DNA of 64,000 nt from an uncultured Rhodospirillaceae bacterium (GTDB taxonomy: Bacteria > Pseudomonadota > Alphaproteobacteria > Dongiales > Dongiaceae): assembly GCA_902826565.1 (NCBI GenBank), contig CADEFF010000003.1, positions 42,588 through 106,587 of the forward strand. Reading direction: 5' to 3'. The translations under genes were made by a program, and so were the position numbers. A model generated the notes under the pieces. That model was not told where the DNA came from. It did no database searches and was given only the letters and a program-made list of their open reading frames with translations. Of this stretch, positions 54,204 through 64,000 are shown in pieces. Positions within the stretch are counted from its first letter, which is position 1; each line of letters begins with the position of its first letter.

Positions 54204-55369
54204 CCGAGCCGGAAACGATCGAGGCCGACGAAGCGACTATAAACCTGGAACAGAATTACGATTGCTGCGAGCAGCATCGTGGCCAACGCCGCCGCGAGGC
54301 CCCAGTTCAAGGTCTCCCGCATGTGATAGGCGATCATGTTGGATATCATCTGTCCGCTGTCGCCGCCGACCAGCGCCGGCGTGATGTAGTACCCGGTCGC
54401 AAGAATGAAGACGAGCAAACAACCCGCATTGATGCCGGGGCGCGTGCTCGGCACATAAACCCGCCAGAAGGCCACGATCCGGCCGGCGCCCAATGACTGC
54501 GCGGCACGCATGTAGTTGTCCGGAATCGCTTTCATGACGCTGTAGAGCGTGAGGACCATGAAGGGCAGCAGAATGTGAATCATGGCGACGACGGTCCCGA
54601 AGGCGTTGAAGATAAGCTTGATCCGACCGGCGTCCGAAGTCACGCCGGACCAGACCAGCAGATCGTTGAGCACGCCCTGCGTCTGCAGCAGCACGATCCA
54701 CGCGGCGGTGCGCACAAGCAGCGAGGTCCAGAGCGGCACGAGCACGACGATCCGAAGGATGTTCGAGAGCCGTTCGGGCAAGTTCGCGAGGAAGTAAGCG
54801 AGCGGATAGGCGATCGCCAGGCAGGCGGCGGTAACGAGCGCGCTCATCCACAGGGTGCGTCCGAAGAGCGCCAGATAGATCCTGCGATCCGCCGGCTTGG
54901 GCACGATCCGCCCCTCGGCATCGAGCTGCAGGTCGGCCGCGGCGAGATAGTTGAGGGGTGTGACCCGCCAGCCCAGCCGCTGCACCGCCCGCCAACTTTC
55001 CGGCTCGCCCCACCGCTCGTCGAGCGCGACGACGGCATTTCGATAGGGGCCGTGGCCGAGCGTTTCCGCCTGACGCGCCACACGATCGACCGAACGACGC
55101 AAACCCGCGACTTCGATATTGAGCCGACTGCCGATCTTCGTCGCCATCTTGTCGGCGCGCGCCGCGGCAAGGTCGGCGACCAGGGCCGCGAAGGCGGACT
55201 CCCCCGGCAAACTGCGACCGTCCCAATCGCGCAGCGCCTCGATCGTCCGCGGCATGGTGTCGGCGATCAGCGGATCGTGAACGGAACGCCAGAGCAGAAG
55301 CGCGATCGGATACAGAAACATGACGCCGAGAAAGAGCAGCAACGGCGCGACGAGCAGCAGGGCGGTCAT
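54200..55369 (-). CDS. ABC transporter permease (PotB-like) with a large extra loop after TM1
   Basis: Track ORF 54200..55978, trimmed to the ATG at 55369 (MTALLLVAPLLLFLG). EAA-like loop MRAAQSLGAGRIVAFWRVYVP. About 150 hydrophilic residues lie between TM1 and TM2. The start is uncertain; an upstream alternative start is possible. Confidence 0.75.
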   Translation of the reverse strand: MTALLLVAPLLLFLGVMFLYPIALLLWRSVHDPLIADTMPRTIEALRDWDGRSLPGESAFAALVADLAAARADKMATKIGSRLNIEVAGLRRSVDRVARQAETLGHGPYRNAVVALDERWGEPESWRAVQRLGWRVTPLNYLAAADLQLDAEGRIVPKPADRRIYLALFGRTLWMSALVTAACLAIAYPLAYFLANLPERLSNILRIVVLVPLWTSLLVRTAAWIVLLQTQGVLNDLLVWSGVTSDAGRIKLIFNAFGTVVAMIHILLPFMVLTLYSVMKAIPDNYMRAAQSLGAGRIVAFWRVYVPSTRPGINAGCLLVFILATGYYITPALVGGDSGQMISNMIAYHMRETLNWGLAAALATMLLAAIVILFQVYSRFVGLDRFRLG

Positions 55370-55539
55370 CCGGCGCCGCAGCTTCGCGGTGGCAAGGCGG
55401 CGCTTCGGTCGCCTTCGGCTCCGTCGCGCGGGCGTTTCCTTGCCGCTGTCGGTGCCCAAGCGGCTCTCTCCGGCCGGCGCAACAGCGGGCCGCGGGCGAA
55501 AGCCGGAGGGCTCGCCCGCGCGACCGGCGGGTCCGCTGG

Positions 55540-56631
55540 CTACTGCGCCAGCCAGGCGGCAAACCGCTCGTTCAACACGTCGCCATGCGTCGCCCAGAAC
55601 TCTGGATCGAGCTGCACCACATTGGCCAGATGGTCCGGCGCAGTCGGCAGATAGGGCGCCATCTCGATGCCGGTATCCGGATTCTTCCCGACGAGCGCGC
55701 TGGCCGATCGGCGCGACGGTCCGTACGGGATGTAGGTCGCCACCCGCGCGAGGCTCGCCGGACTGCTGGCGAAGACGACGAAATCCTCCGCGGCCTGCCG
55801 GTTCGGCGCATCCTTGGCGATCACCCAGGCGCTGAGTTCCAGCACCTGCGCGTCCCAGAGTATCTCGAAGGGCTGCTTCTCCTTCACCTGCGCATTGAAG
55901 ATCCGCCCGTTCCAGGCAATCGCCATGGTCGCTTCCTTGTCGGCGAGGAGTTGGGGCGCCTGGGCACCGGCTTCCCACCAGACGATGGAGGAACGGATGC
56001 TGTCGAGCTTTGCGAAGGCGCGATCCTGACCTTCCTTCGTGGCCAGCACCTCATAGACCTTGTCGCCCGGAACCCCGTCGGCAAGCAGCGTGAGCTCGAG
56101 GGTGCGCGAGGGGTTCCGGTAAAGCGCCCGCTTGCCCGGAAACCGCTCGAGATCGAAGAAATCGGCGACCTGCGTCGGCTTATCCCCGGCAAAAGCGCTG
56201 GCGTTGTAGGCGATGATCGCGCTCACATAGCTGGTGCCGACACCGCATTCGAAGAGCCCGCCCGGCAGGTAGTCCTCCGCGGCCGGCGTGCCGTCGGCAG
56301 CCGGCACCAGGGCGAGACCGCCAACCGGCTCCAGCAACCCGTCGTCGCAGGCGCGCACGGCGTCGCTCAGCTCCATGTCGATGACGTCCCAGGTAACCGC
56401 CCCGGACTCGACCTGCGCCTTCAGCTCCGCAACGCCGCCGGAGTAGCTCTCCGTTGTCACATCCACGCCCGTTTCCGCCTCGAAAGGCTCGATCTGCGCC
56501 TTCAACTGCGCTTCGGAATAGGCGCCGCCCCAGCCCACGACCGTGAGGTTTCCCTCGGCGACGGCCGGCGGAGCGGCCAACATCGCCAGCAATCCGGCGA
56601 TCCAGACACCGTGCCGATTTCTTTTCGTCAT
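55540..56631 (-). CDS. ABC transporter periplasmic substrate-binding protein (PotD/PotF family)
   Basis: Track ORF 55540..56772, trimmed to the ATG at 56631, preceded by AGGAG. Signal peptide MTKRNRHGVWIAGLLAMLAAPPAVA. Confidence 0.85.
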   Translation of the reverse strand: MTKRNRHGVWIAGLLAMLAAPPAVAEGNLTVVGWGGAYSEAQLKAQIEPFEAETGVDVTTESYSGGVAELKAQVESGAVTWDVIDMELSDAVRACDDGLLEPVGGLALVPAADGTPAAEDYLPGGLFECGVGTSYVSAIIAYNASAFAGDKPTQVADFFDLERFPGKRALYRNPSRTLELTLLADGVPGDKVYEVLATKEGQDRAFAKLDSIRSSIVWWEAGAQAPQLLADKEATMAIAWNGRIFNAQVKEKQPFEILWDAQVLELSAWVIAKDAPNRQAAEDFVVFASSPASLARVATYIPYGPSRRSASALVGKNPDTGIEMAPYLPTAPDHLANVVQLDPEFWATHGDVLNERFAAWLAQ

Positions 56632-56940
56632 TTCCGATCTCCTGTCGGGAACTGCGCGTCCGGTTGTCGCGAGACGCTTCGGCGAAATCGCCGGTGGGAA
56701 TGATTCGGGTCTCTCCGCAAGATTCCTTTCAAATCCGGGGCGAAACTTCGCCAGAGCGCCGGCCGGCCGCAAAGAAGTTTAACTCGCGCACGATTCAAGA
56801 TCGGCTTGCTCCTCCGGCCCGTCCCGGCCGCAAACGAAAGCCGATTCGCCCGATCGATCGAGGCCTTCCCGGTTCGCTCCCAGTCGATCGCTTCGACGAC
56901 GCTTCGGCAGCGATCAACCACACCATCGGTATGAATCATC

Positions 56941-56954
56941 TGTCCAATGCATAA
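56941..56954. promoter_or_regulatory. Copy 2 of shared 14-nt motif TGTCCAATGCATAA, in the LysR/SBP divergent region
   Basis: Identical to 52467..52480. It lies 40 nt upstream of the LysR start at 56994 and overlaps an ATGCAT...ATGCA inverted repeat. Confidence 0.4.
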
Positions 56955-56993
56955 AATCTTTCATTGTTCATGCAGTAGAGACATAATCGGCCC

Positions 56994-57989
56994 ATGGATC
57001 TGAAGCGTCTTCGAACCTTCATCGCGATCGCCGACCAGGGCACCATGTCCAAGGCAGCGGCGCGGCTTCACATCAGCCAGCCCGCGCTCTCGCGCCAGAT
57101 CGCGAACCTGCAGGAGGAACTCGGCGTCGATCTTTTCGAGCTCGTCGGGCGCCGCCTGTCCCTGACCGGTGCGGGCGAGGAGCTCCTGGCCGAGGTACGG
57201 GACCTGCTCATGCGGGTCGAGGCGCTCGGCGAGCGAGCGCGATCCCTGAGGCGCGGCGATTCCGGCGTCCTCCGCGTCGCGGCCTCGCCGCAGATGATCG
57301 AGGGCGCCTTTCCGGACTTCCTGCGGCTCTATCGCGAGCAGCATCCGCAGGTCCGCGTGAAGCTGACCGAAGCCGCCGACGCCGATCAGCTCGCCATCCT
57401 GGATCGGGGCGAAGTGCATCTCGCGCTCAACGTCGTGGAAGCCGACGCGTCGCGCTTCGTGATCCGACCGCTGCCGCCGATGGAGCTGCTCGTCGCCTGG
57501 CATCGCAGCCTCGGGCTCGCGGGCGCGGGCACGATCGATGTCGGCAGCCTGCGGGAGGTCCCGCTGCTGCTGCTGAAGCCCGCCTACACCACCCGCAAGC
57601 TTTTCGATGCCGCCTGTCGTCTCGCGCGGTTCGAGCCCACCATCTATGTCGAGAGCGGGGCGCCGCATACGCTGACGGCCCTCGCGGAGTCCGGCTTCGG
57701 CGCCGCCGTCGTGCCCTCGACGCTCCGTATCGAAAGCCGCCGCCTGCAGATCGCGCGGCTCGCCTATCGCGGTCAGCCGCTACAGGTGGCACTGGCGATG
57801 CTGTGGGACAAGCGACGTCCGCTGCCGCGCTATGCCGAGGCTTTCGTCGAAGGCTTTGCCGAGCATCTCGCGCGCGTCATGCCGCTGGCGCGGCCGCGCG
57901 GCGGGCTGCCGGGCGAGAAGGTGCGCGCGCAGGCGGACTCGAGCCGCGCGGGCTCGGTGCGACGCGTCCGGAAACGACCTACCAGGTGA
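56994..57989 (+). CDS. LysR-family transcriptional regulator
   Basis: HTH block LRTFIAIADQGTMSKAAARLHISQPALSRQIANLQEELG. 331 aa. Confidence 0.9.
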   Translation: MDLKRLRTFIAIADQGTMSKAAARLHISQPALSRQIANLQEELGVDLFELVGRRLSLTGAGEELLAEVRDLLMRVEALGERARSLRRGDSGVLRVAASPQMIEGAFPDFLRLYREQHPQVRVKLTEAADADQLAILDRGEVHLALNVVEADASRFVIRPLPPMELLVAWHRSLGLAGAGTIDVGSLREVPLLLLKPAYTTRKLFDAACRLARFEPTIYVESGAPHTLTALAESGFGAAVVPSTLRIESRRLQIARLAYRGQPLQVALAMLWDKRRPLPRYAEAFVEGFAEHLARVMPLARPRGGLPGEKVRAQADSSRAGSVRRVRKRPTR

Positions 57990-58416
57990 CGTAAAGCGCG
58001 ACCTTTCCGGGCCTTCCCTCCTTGTCGAACTCGCAGACCTCGGCCCGCAGATGGAAGCCCTTCGCGGCCAGTTCCTTCTCGAAATAGGCATAGCCCCGCT
58101 CCGCCCAACCCTGCAGCGTCTTCGGCCAGTCGGGTTCGGAATTGTTGATCGCGCGACCGCGATCGGAGAGAAACTCGGCTGGAAACTCCATCACCTTGAG
58201 GACACTCGAACCATTCTCCGCGGCCCGCCGCATCGCCTGGTTCAGCAGTTCGCCCACATTGGGGCGAACGTCCCGCTTCATGAACTCTTCCTGGAAATTC
58301 TTGCGCGCTTCGTCGGCCGCCGTCATGTGAGCCAAGGCTTCCTTGGCTTTGGCCATTTCGGCGTCATTCGAGACCTTCTTGAGATCGGTCGGCTTCAGGA
58401 TTTCGGTTGCGCTCAT
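57979..58416 (-). CDS. Hypothetical protein (145 aa, no recognisable family, no signal peptide)
   Basis: The ORF is not G+C-shadow-like in composition (K/E-rich and balanced). It lies downstream of and co-directional with the RND pump gene. Its 3' end overlaps the LysR 3' end by 11 nt. Confidence 0.5.
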   Translation of the reverse strand: MSATEILKPTDLKKVSNDAEMAKAKEALAHMTAADEARKNFQEEFMKRDVRPNVGELLNQAMRRAAENGSSVLKVMEFPAEFLSDRGRAINNSEPDWPKTLQGWAERGYAYFEKELAAKGFHLRAEVCEFDKEGRPGKVALYVTW

Positions 58417-58527
58417 GTTCGACTCCCTGCTTCGAGATTCCTGTGGCTTGCCTTTCCTTCCCGTTGAATGCCTGGCCCGGATCGAACATCGGTCCAGGTT
58501 TCGTCCGTCGCGCTCGTCCTTGGCTGT

Positions 58528-61500
58528 TCACTTGGCGACACCCGGCGTCTCCGCCGCAGGCATTTCCGCCACCGTCACCGGCTTCGGCCGTGCGCCCGGC
58601 CGCAGCTTCTCGCGCACCGCCTGGAAGACGACATAGAGCGGCGGGATCGCGAAGATGCCGACGAAGGAGGCGAGGATCATCCCGCCGAAAACCGGGGTTC
58701 CCACGTCGCGCCGCGCGAGCTCCGAGGCGCCTTGCGCGACCACGAGCGGATAGAGGCCGAGGATGAACGCAAAGGAGGTCATCATGACCGGCCGGAAGCG
58801 CAGCCGCGCCCCTTCGGTCGCCGCATGGAGCAATGGCACGCCGCGTTCGCGCTGCGCTTTGGCGAACTCGACGATCAATATGCCGTTCTTCGCGGCAAGG
58901 CCGATCAGCACGACCATGCCGATCTGGGCATAAAGATCGAGCGTCAGGCCGCCGAGATAGAGGGCCCCGAACGCACCCAGCATCCCGACGCTGACCGACA
59001 GCAGCACAGGAACCGGGATCGTCCAGCTCTCATAGAGCGCCACCAGGAAGAGATAGGCGAAGAGCACCGCGAAACCGAGAATGATCGCCGTCTTGCCCTC
59101 GGCGCGCTTCTCCTGGAAGGCGGTGTCCGTCCATTCGCCGGCGAAGCCGACCGGCAGCGTGCCGGCCGCCACGCTCTCCATCGACGCCAGCGCCTGGCCC
59201 GAGGAAACGCCGGGCGCCGGGCTTCCCTGAATCGTCACCGCGCGACGGTTGTTGTAGCGGATGAGAGACGGCGGCCCCACGATCACGCGGGCTTCGAGCA
59301 GGCTCCGCAGCGGAATCATCGTGCCGTCGGCGCTGCGGACATTGATCCGGTAGATGTCGTCGATGCTGTCTCGATCCACCGCTTCGGCCTGGACATTGAC
59401 CTGCCATGTCCGCCCATAGAGGTTGATGTCGTTCACGTAATAGCCGCCGAGCGCCGTCTGCAGCGCCTGGAAAACGTCGCTGAGATCGACACCCAGCACC
59501 TGCACCTTGTCGCGGTCGATATCGAGATAAATCGACGGGCTGGTGGCGGAGAAGGTGCTGAACACCCGCCGGAGGCCGGGCTCTTGGTTCGCCGCGACGA
59601 CGAGGCCGCGCATGGCCTGGGCGAGGACTTTGGGGTCGCCACCGCTCAGGTCCTGCAGGACATAGGTGAAGCCGCCGCCGGTGCCGAGACCGATGATCGG
59701 CGGCGGCGCCAGCGGTACGACCGTGCCGCCGCCGATCTCCCGGAATTTGGCGCCGAGCCGGGCCATCACGCCGGTCACGCTCAGCGCGTCGTCGCGGCGC
59801 TCCTCGAACGGCTTCAGCGTCACCACGACGAAGGCGGAGTTGCTCTGGCTGTAATTGTCGATGAAGTTCAGGCCGATCACCGAGGTGTAGTCCTCGACGG
59901 CCTCTTCCTCGCCCAGGATCTTCTCGATCTGCCCGATCACCGCGGCCGTGCGCGACACGGAGGCGCCCTCGGGCAACTGCGCCACGACGAAGAGCGCGCC
60001 CTGATCGTCCTCGGGGAGGAACCCCGTCGGCGTGCCCTTCCCCAGCGCCACGATGCCCGCCGCGGCCACCGCCACCATGACCAGACCCAGGATCGAGACC
60101 CGGACGAGACGCGCGACCACCCTGCCGTAGCCGTCGCGCACCCCGTCGATCCAGCGCATCACCTTGCCCATGATTCCGCGCCGCGGCCCGTGATGCGGTC
60201 GCAGCAGGATGGCGCAGAGCGCAGGGGAGAGCGTCAAGGCGTTGATTGCCGAAAGGAACATCGCAACGGCGACGGTGACCGCGAACTGCCGGAAGAGCTC
60301 GCCGGAGATGCCCGGGATGAAGGCGACCGGAACGAACACCGAGAGGAGCACCAGGGTGATGGCGATGATCGGCGCCGTGATCTCCTGCATCGCCTTCTTG
60401 GTGGCGGCCGCGGGCGAGAGCTCGGGATGCTCTTCCATCACCCGCTCGACGTTTTCCACGACGACGATGGCGTCGTCCACCACGATGCCGATCGCCAGCA
60501 CCACGGCGAGGAGCGACACGGAATTGGCGGAATAGCCAATCGCGATCAGCGCGATGAAGGTGCCGATCAGGCTCACCGGCACGGCGAGCGTCGGAATGAG
60601 CGTCGCCCTCATGCTGCCGAGGAAGAGGAACACCACGATCACGACCAGCAGGAAGGCCTCGATGAGGGTCTTCTGCACCTCGTGAATGGTCTCCTTGACG
60701 AAGATGGTCGGGTCGTAGGTGACCTTCCAGACGAGATCCTCCGGGAAGCTCCGCTGCAGCTCCACGAGCCGCGCGCGAACGGCATCGAGCGTCGTGATCG
60801 CATTGGCGCCCGGCGCCTGATAGATTGCGAGCGCTGCCGCCGGCGCGCCGTTGAACCGGGTGTCGCGGTCGAGGCTGGAAGCGCCGAGCTCGATGCGGGC
60901 GACGTCGCCGAGGCGGAGCACGGAGCCATCCGGATTGGTGCGCAGCACGATATTCTCGAATTCGGCCACGCTGGTAAGCCTGCCCAGCGTCTGGATGTTC
61001 AACTGCAGCTGCTGGTCGTCGAAGATCGGCCGGGCGCCGATCCGGCCGACCGCCGCCTGCACGTTCTGCGCCTGGACGGCGGCGATGATGTCCTTCGCCG
61101 TGAGACCGAGTCCGGTCAGGCGATCGAGCCGGACCCAGACGCGCATGGCGTAATCCTGCGGCCCCCACAAGATCGCGTCGCCGACGCCGGGCGTGCTCTT
61201 CACCTGATCGAGAATGTTGATGGTCACATAGTTCGAGATGAAAAGCGGGTCGTATGTCTGGTCCGGCGAATAGACGGCGATCACGCCGAGCAACGCCGAT
61301 GATTTCTTCTTGACCGTGACGCCCTGGCGCTGCACGTCCTGCGGCAGCTTGGAAAGAGCCACCTGTACTCGGTTGTTGACGTTGACCGTGTTGATGTCGG
61401 GATTGGTGCCGAGCTCGAAGGACGCGAGCAGCGAATAGCTGCCGTCGTTTCCGCTCACGCTCTTCATGTAGATCATCTGATCGACGCCGACGACCTGCGC

Positions 61501-61701
61501 CTCGATCGGCTGCGCGACCGTCGCGTCCACGATCGAAGCTGAGGCCCCCGGGTAGTTCGCGGTTACGGAGACCTGCGGCGGCACGATATCGGGATACTGG
61601 GCGATCGGGATTGCCAGGAGCGACAGCAGCCCGGCGATCGTGGTCACGATCGAGATGACGATCGCGAGGCGTGGCCGATCGACGAAGATGGCCGAAAGCA
61701 T
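58528..61701 (-). CDS. RND efflux transporter, inner-membrane permease (AcrB/HAE1 family)
   Basis: 1057 aa. The N-terminus [23 protein letters not shown] and the 12-TM, two-large-loop architecture are typical of AcrB-like pumps. Confidence 0.95.
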   Translation of the reverse strand: MLSAIFVDRPRLAIVISIVTTIAGLLSLLAIPIAQYPDIVPPQVSVTANYPGASASIVDATVAQPIEAQVVGVDQMIYMKSVSGNDGSYSLLASFELGTNPDINTVNVNNRVQVALSKLPQDVQRQGVTVKKKSSALLGVIAVYSPDQTYDPLFISNYVTINILDQVKSTPGVGDAILWGPQDYAMRVWVRLDRLTGLGLTAKDIIAAVQAQNVQAAVGRIGARPIFDDQQLQLNIQTLGRLTSVAEFENIVLRTNPDGSVLRLGDVARIELGASSLDRDTRFNGAPAAALAIYQAPGANAITTLDAVRARLVELQRSFPEDLVWKVTYDPTIFVKETIHEVQKTLIEAFLLVVIVVFLFLGSMRATLIPTLAVPVSLIGTFIALIAIGYSANSVSLLAVVLAIGIVVDDAIVVVENVERVMEEHPELSPAAATKKAMQEITAPIIAITLVLLSVFVPVAFIPGISGELFRQFAVTVAVAMFLSAINALTLSPALCAILLRPHHGPRRGIMGKVMRWIDGVRDGYGRVVARLVRVSILGLVMVAVAAAGIVALGKGTPTGFLPEDDQGALFVVAQLPEGASVSRTAAVIGQIEKILGEEEAVEDYTSVIGLNFIDNYSQSNSAFVVVTLKPFEERRDDALSVTGVMARLGAKFREIGGGTVVPLAPPPIIGLGTGGGFTYVLQDLSGGDPKVLAQAMRGLVVAANQEPGLRRVFSTFSATSPSIYLDIDRDKVQVLGVDLSDVFQALQTALGGYYVNDINLYGRTWQVNVQAEAVDRDSIDDIYRINVRSADGTMIPLRSLLEARVIVGPPSLIRYNNRRAVTIQGSPAPGVSSGQALASMESVAAGTLPVGFAGEWTDTAFQEKRAEGKTAIILGFAVLFAYLFLVALYESWTIPVPVLLSVSVGMLGAFGALYLGGLTLDLYAQIGMVVLIGLAAKNGILIVEFAKAQRERGVPLLHAATEGARLRFRPVMMTSFAFILGLYPLVVAQGASELARRDVGTPVFGGMILASFVGIFAIPPLYVVFQAVREKLRPGARPKPVTVAEMPAAETPGVAK

Positions 61702-61704
61702 GAA

Positions 61705-62814
61705 TCAGCTCGGATTGAGGGACGCCGGCAGCGGCGCTGCCTCGATCGCCTGACCGGGCCGCACCGATTGCAGCCCCTCGACAATGACCTGCTCGCCCTC
61801 GGTCAAGCCCTCGACCACGATGTTCACGCCGCTTTCGCCTGTGGCCTTGATCCGCCGGACGGTCGCCTTGCCGGCTTCGGCTACGAAGACGTAAGTGCCC
61901 GCCTGGTCGGCCAGGATGGCCGCCTGCGGAACCACGATCTTCTCTTCGGGCTGCCCGACCTCCACCTGCACCTGCACGAGTTGTCCGTCGACGAGCCCGC
62001 CCTGCGAATTCGGCATCACCGCCCGCACCGATATGGTGTCGGTCGCGCGATCGACCGCCGGCGCGACGAAATCGATCCGACCGAGTTCGGGATAGACCGT
62101 TCCGTCGGCAAACCGGACCTGCACCTTGATAGAGGAAAGGTCCGGCCTGCTCCCCGATTGCTGGCTCTTCAGGAACTCCCGCTGGCTGACGGGGAAGGTG
62201 ATGTAGATGGGGTCTTCGCTCACGATGACCGTGAGGACGCCACTGTCGGGCCCGACCACATTGCCCTCGGTGACGCTGGTCCGGCCGATGCGGCCCGAGA
62301 TCGGCGCGAAGATCTCGGTATAGCCGAGGTTGATGCGGGCATCCGCCAGCCCGGCCTCGTTGATCATGATCGCGCCCTTCGCCTGCTGCTCCAGCGCCAC
62401 GGCCTGATCCAGCGAGACGTCGGTCGCGAAACCCTTCGCGGAAAGCTCGGCCGCACGCACGCGCTGCCGCGTCGCCAGGGTGAGCGCGGCCTGACTCTGC
62501 TCCAGCTTGCCTTGCGCTTCCTGCACGGAGGCTTCGAAGGAACCCCGCTCGATGCGGTAGAGCAGGTCGCCTTCCTTCACGAACTGCCCGTCCTTGAACA
62601 GCACCTCCTCCAGATAGCCGGTTATGCGCGCATGGATCTCGACGCGGCCGATCGCCTCGACGCGGCCGACGAAGGAGAGCGATTGGGAGACGGGCGCCAG
62701 CCGGGCCTCGACCGTGCCGACGGGGACCGCGTTCGTGTCCGCCTGCTGGGCATGGGCGGGGAGCGAAAGCCCGCAGAGCAGGACTGCCGCGCAGACGCCA
62801 TACCGCATACGCAC
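61705..62814 (-). CDS. RND efflux periplasmic adaptor (membrane fusion protein, AcrA-like)
   Basis: 369 aa with a signal peptide. HlyD/AcrA-type lipoyl and hairpin segments (GDLLYRIE..., LGYTEIFAPISGRIG). Confidence 0.9.
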   Translation of the reverse strand: MRMRYGVCAAVLLCGLSLPAHAQQADTNAVPVGTVEARLAPVSQSLSFVGRVEAIGRVEIHARITGYLEEVLFKDGQFVKEGDLLYRIERGSFEASVQEAQGKLEQSQAALTLATRQRVRAAELSAKGFATDVSLDQAVALEQQAKGAIMINEAGLADARINLGYTEIFAPISGRIGRTSVTEGNVVGPDSGVLTVIVSEDPIYITFPVSQREFLKSQQSGSRPDLSSIKVQVRFADGTVYPELGRIDFVAPAVDRATDTISVRAVMPNSQGGLVDGQLVQVQVEVGQPEEKIVVPQAAILADQAGTYVFVAEAGKATVRRIKATGESGVNIVVEGLTEGEQVIVEGLQSVRPGQAIEAAPLPASLNPS

Positions 62815-63100
62815 CTCCCTCCCCCTCCGATCGTCAAACCCGCAGGCCGCGAAACGATCGAGTTTTGGCCGCCATACAGCCGCCCGGCCGTAGAATTATC
62901 GTCGAAAACCGAACCCGTGCGCCGATGCGATCGGGCACCATCCGACTGATATCTTATACCTTTTTCTCCCGCCAACCAAGCGCGACAGGCCGCATTGCCG
63001 ACGCCGGCGGATACCCGGCGGATGCAATGTCGATTGCCGCGCGATAGGCGGTGATGCACCCTAAAGCCCGTGAGCGTGGTACGGAGGGGGATCTGGACCG

Positions 63101-64000
63101 ATGGACAAGGAACTCAACCGGATCATCGAAGTCGCGAGAAACGTCTCGCGGCCCTATCGCGTCAAGAAGGGGAAGACGTTCAAGCTAAAGGACTATTCTC
63201 CCGGCGACCTCGGCGATTTCGACAAGGCCGACAAGCAGCGCTTCCAGGAAGGTCTGAAGAGTGGCGTCGAGGCGCTCTCGCGCCTGCAGGAAATGCTTTA
63301 CGCGCAATCGCGATGGGGCCTGCTGGCAGTGTTCCAGGCGATGGATGCCGCCGGCAAGGACGGCTCGATCAAGCATGTGATGTCGGGCGTCAATCCGCAG
63401 GGTTGTAACGTGCATAGTTTCAAGGCGCCGTCGTCGGAAGAGCTGCGGCACGATTTCCTGTGGCGCTGCTCCAAGCTGCTGCCCGAGCGCGGCATGATCA
63501 GCATCTTCAACCGTTCCTATTATGAGGAGGTGCTGGCGGTACGGGTGCATCCGGAATATCTCCAGAAGCAGCAGCTCCCTCCCCAGCTCGTCTCGAAGGA
63601 CGTATGGGAAGAGCGCTATGAGGCGATCCGGAACATGGAATCCCATCTGGCGCGGAACGGGTTCGTGGTCCGAAAGATCTTTCTGCATCTTTCGAAGGGG
63701 GAGCAGAAGCGGCGCTTCCTCGGGCGGCTCGAGGAAGCGGATCGCCACTGGAAGTTCTCGATCGCGGACACCACCGAACGGCAGTATTGGGATCAGTATC
63801 AGCACGCCTACGAGAAGGCCATCCGGGCGACGGCGACACCCGATGCGCCCTGGTACGTGGTGCCTGCCGACAACAAATGGTATGCGCGCATCGTCGTCGC
63901 CGGGGCACTCATCGACGCACTCTCCGAGTTGGATCTAGCCTTCCCCGAGGTGGATGCCGCGAAGCGCAAGCAGCTCGCGGCTGCACGCAGGGCTCTGCAG
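63101..64000 (+). CDS. Polyphosphate kinase 2 family protein (3' end outside the window)
   Basis: Not in the track because the ORF runs off the window end. Own translation from the ATG at 63101: MDKELNRIIEV...FQAMDAAGKDGSIKHVMSGVNPQG (Walker-A-like), FNRSYYEEVL, VVPADNKWYAR. These are PPK2 hallmarks. Confidence 0.85.
   Translation, partial: MDKELNRIIEVARNVSRPYRVKKGKTFKLKDYSPGDLGDFDKADKQRFQEGLKSGVEALSRLQEMLYAQSRWGLLAVFQAMDAAGKDGSIKHVMSGVNPQGCNVHSFKAPSSEELRHDFLWRCSKLLPERGMISIFNRSYYEEVLAVRVHPEYLQKQQLPPQLVSKDVWEERYEAIRNMESHLARNGFVVRKIFLHLSKGEQKRRFLGRLEEADRHWKFSIADTTERQYWDQYQHAYEKAIRATATPDAPWYVVPADNKWYARIVVAGALIDALSELDLAFPEVDAAKRKQLAAARRALQ

Noticed and set aside
63070-63408. Track ORF 63070..63408 (+), 112 aa
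   Set aside because: It is out of frame with, and overlapped by, the PPK2 reading frame starting at 63101. The PPK2 frame carries clear family motifs and stays open to the window end.

Overview
High-GC proteobacterial DNA, probably alphaproteobacterial (inferred from gene content such as gfa and the Rhizobiales-style catabolic and ABC gene sets; not provable from sequence alone). I call about 58 genes. Most belong to an accessory catabolic and transport region: four PotABCD-like and one NitT/TauT-like ABC importer sets, two aldehyde dehydrogenase paralogs, two alpha-only Rieske oxygenases, hydantoinase A/B, two class-III aminotransferases, two DUF1989 proteins, an LLM monooxygenase, an acyl-CoA ligase, a cupin plus rhodanese pair, and GntR, PucR, LysR (x2) and TetR regulators. 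Housekeeping-type genes are also present: recQ, a HerA-like DUF853 ATPase, gfa, an RND efflux pair and a PPK2 that runs off the 3' end. The stand-out is a divergently organised lasso-type RiPP locus at about 25.46-32.07 kb. It has four tandem small ORFs of 49-59 aa on the minus strand, all shorter than any ORF in the supplied track and therefore absent from it. Their spacing fits the canonical lasso leader positions Y(-17), P(-14), L/I(-12), T(-2). They face an operon encoding an asparagine-synthetase/PP-loop-like enzyme fused to a PqqD-type RRE, a B2 transglutaminase-like leader protease and an HPr-kinase-like kinase. A convergent pair follows, encoding an Fmt-like formyltransferase and a PF14907-like nucleotidyltransferase. 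The predicted cores (12-16 aa) have no Asp/Glu at positions 7-9 and no C-terminal Ser, so they do not fit known lasso or phospho-lasso chemistry. That makes this the best candidate for an undescribed system. Many long track ORFs are antisense shadows or read-through extensions typical of high-GC DNA, and I trimmed or rejected them. I found no rRNA, tRNA, CRISPR array or intact mobile element.
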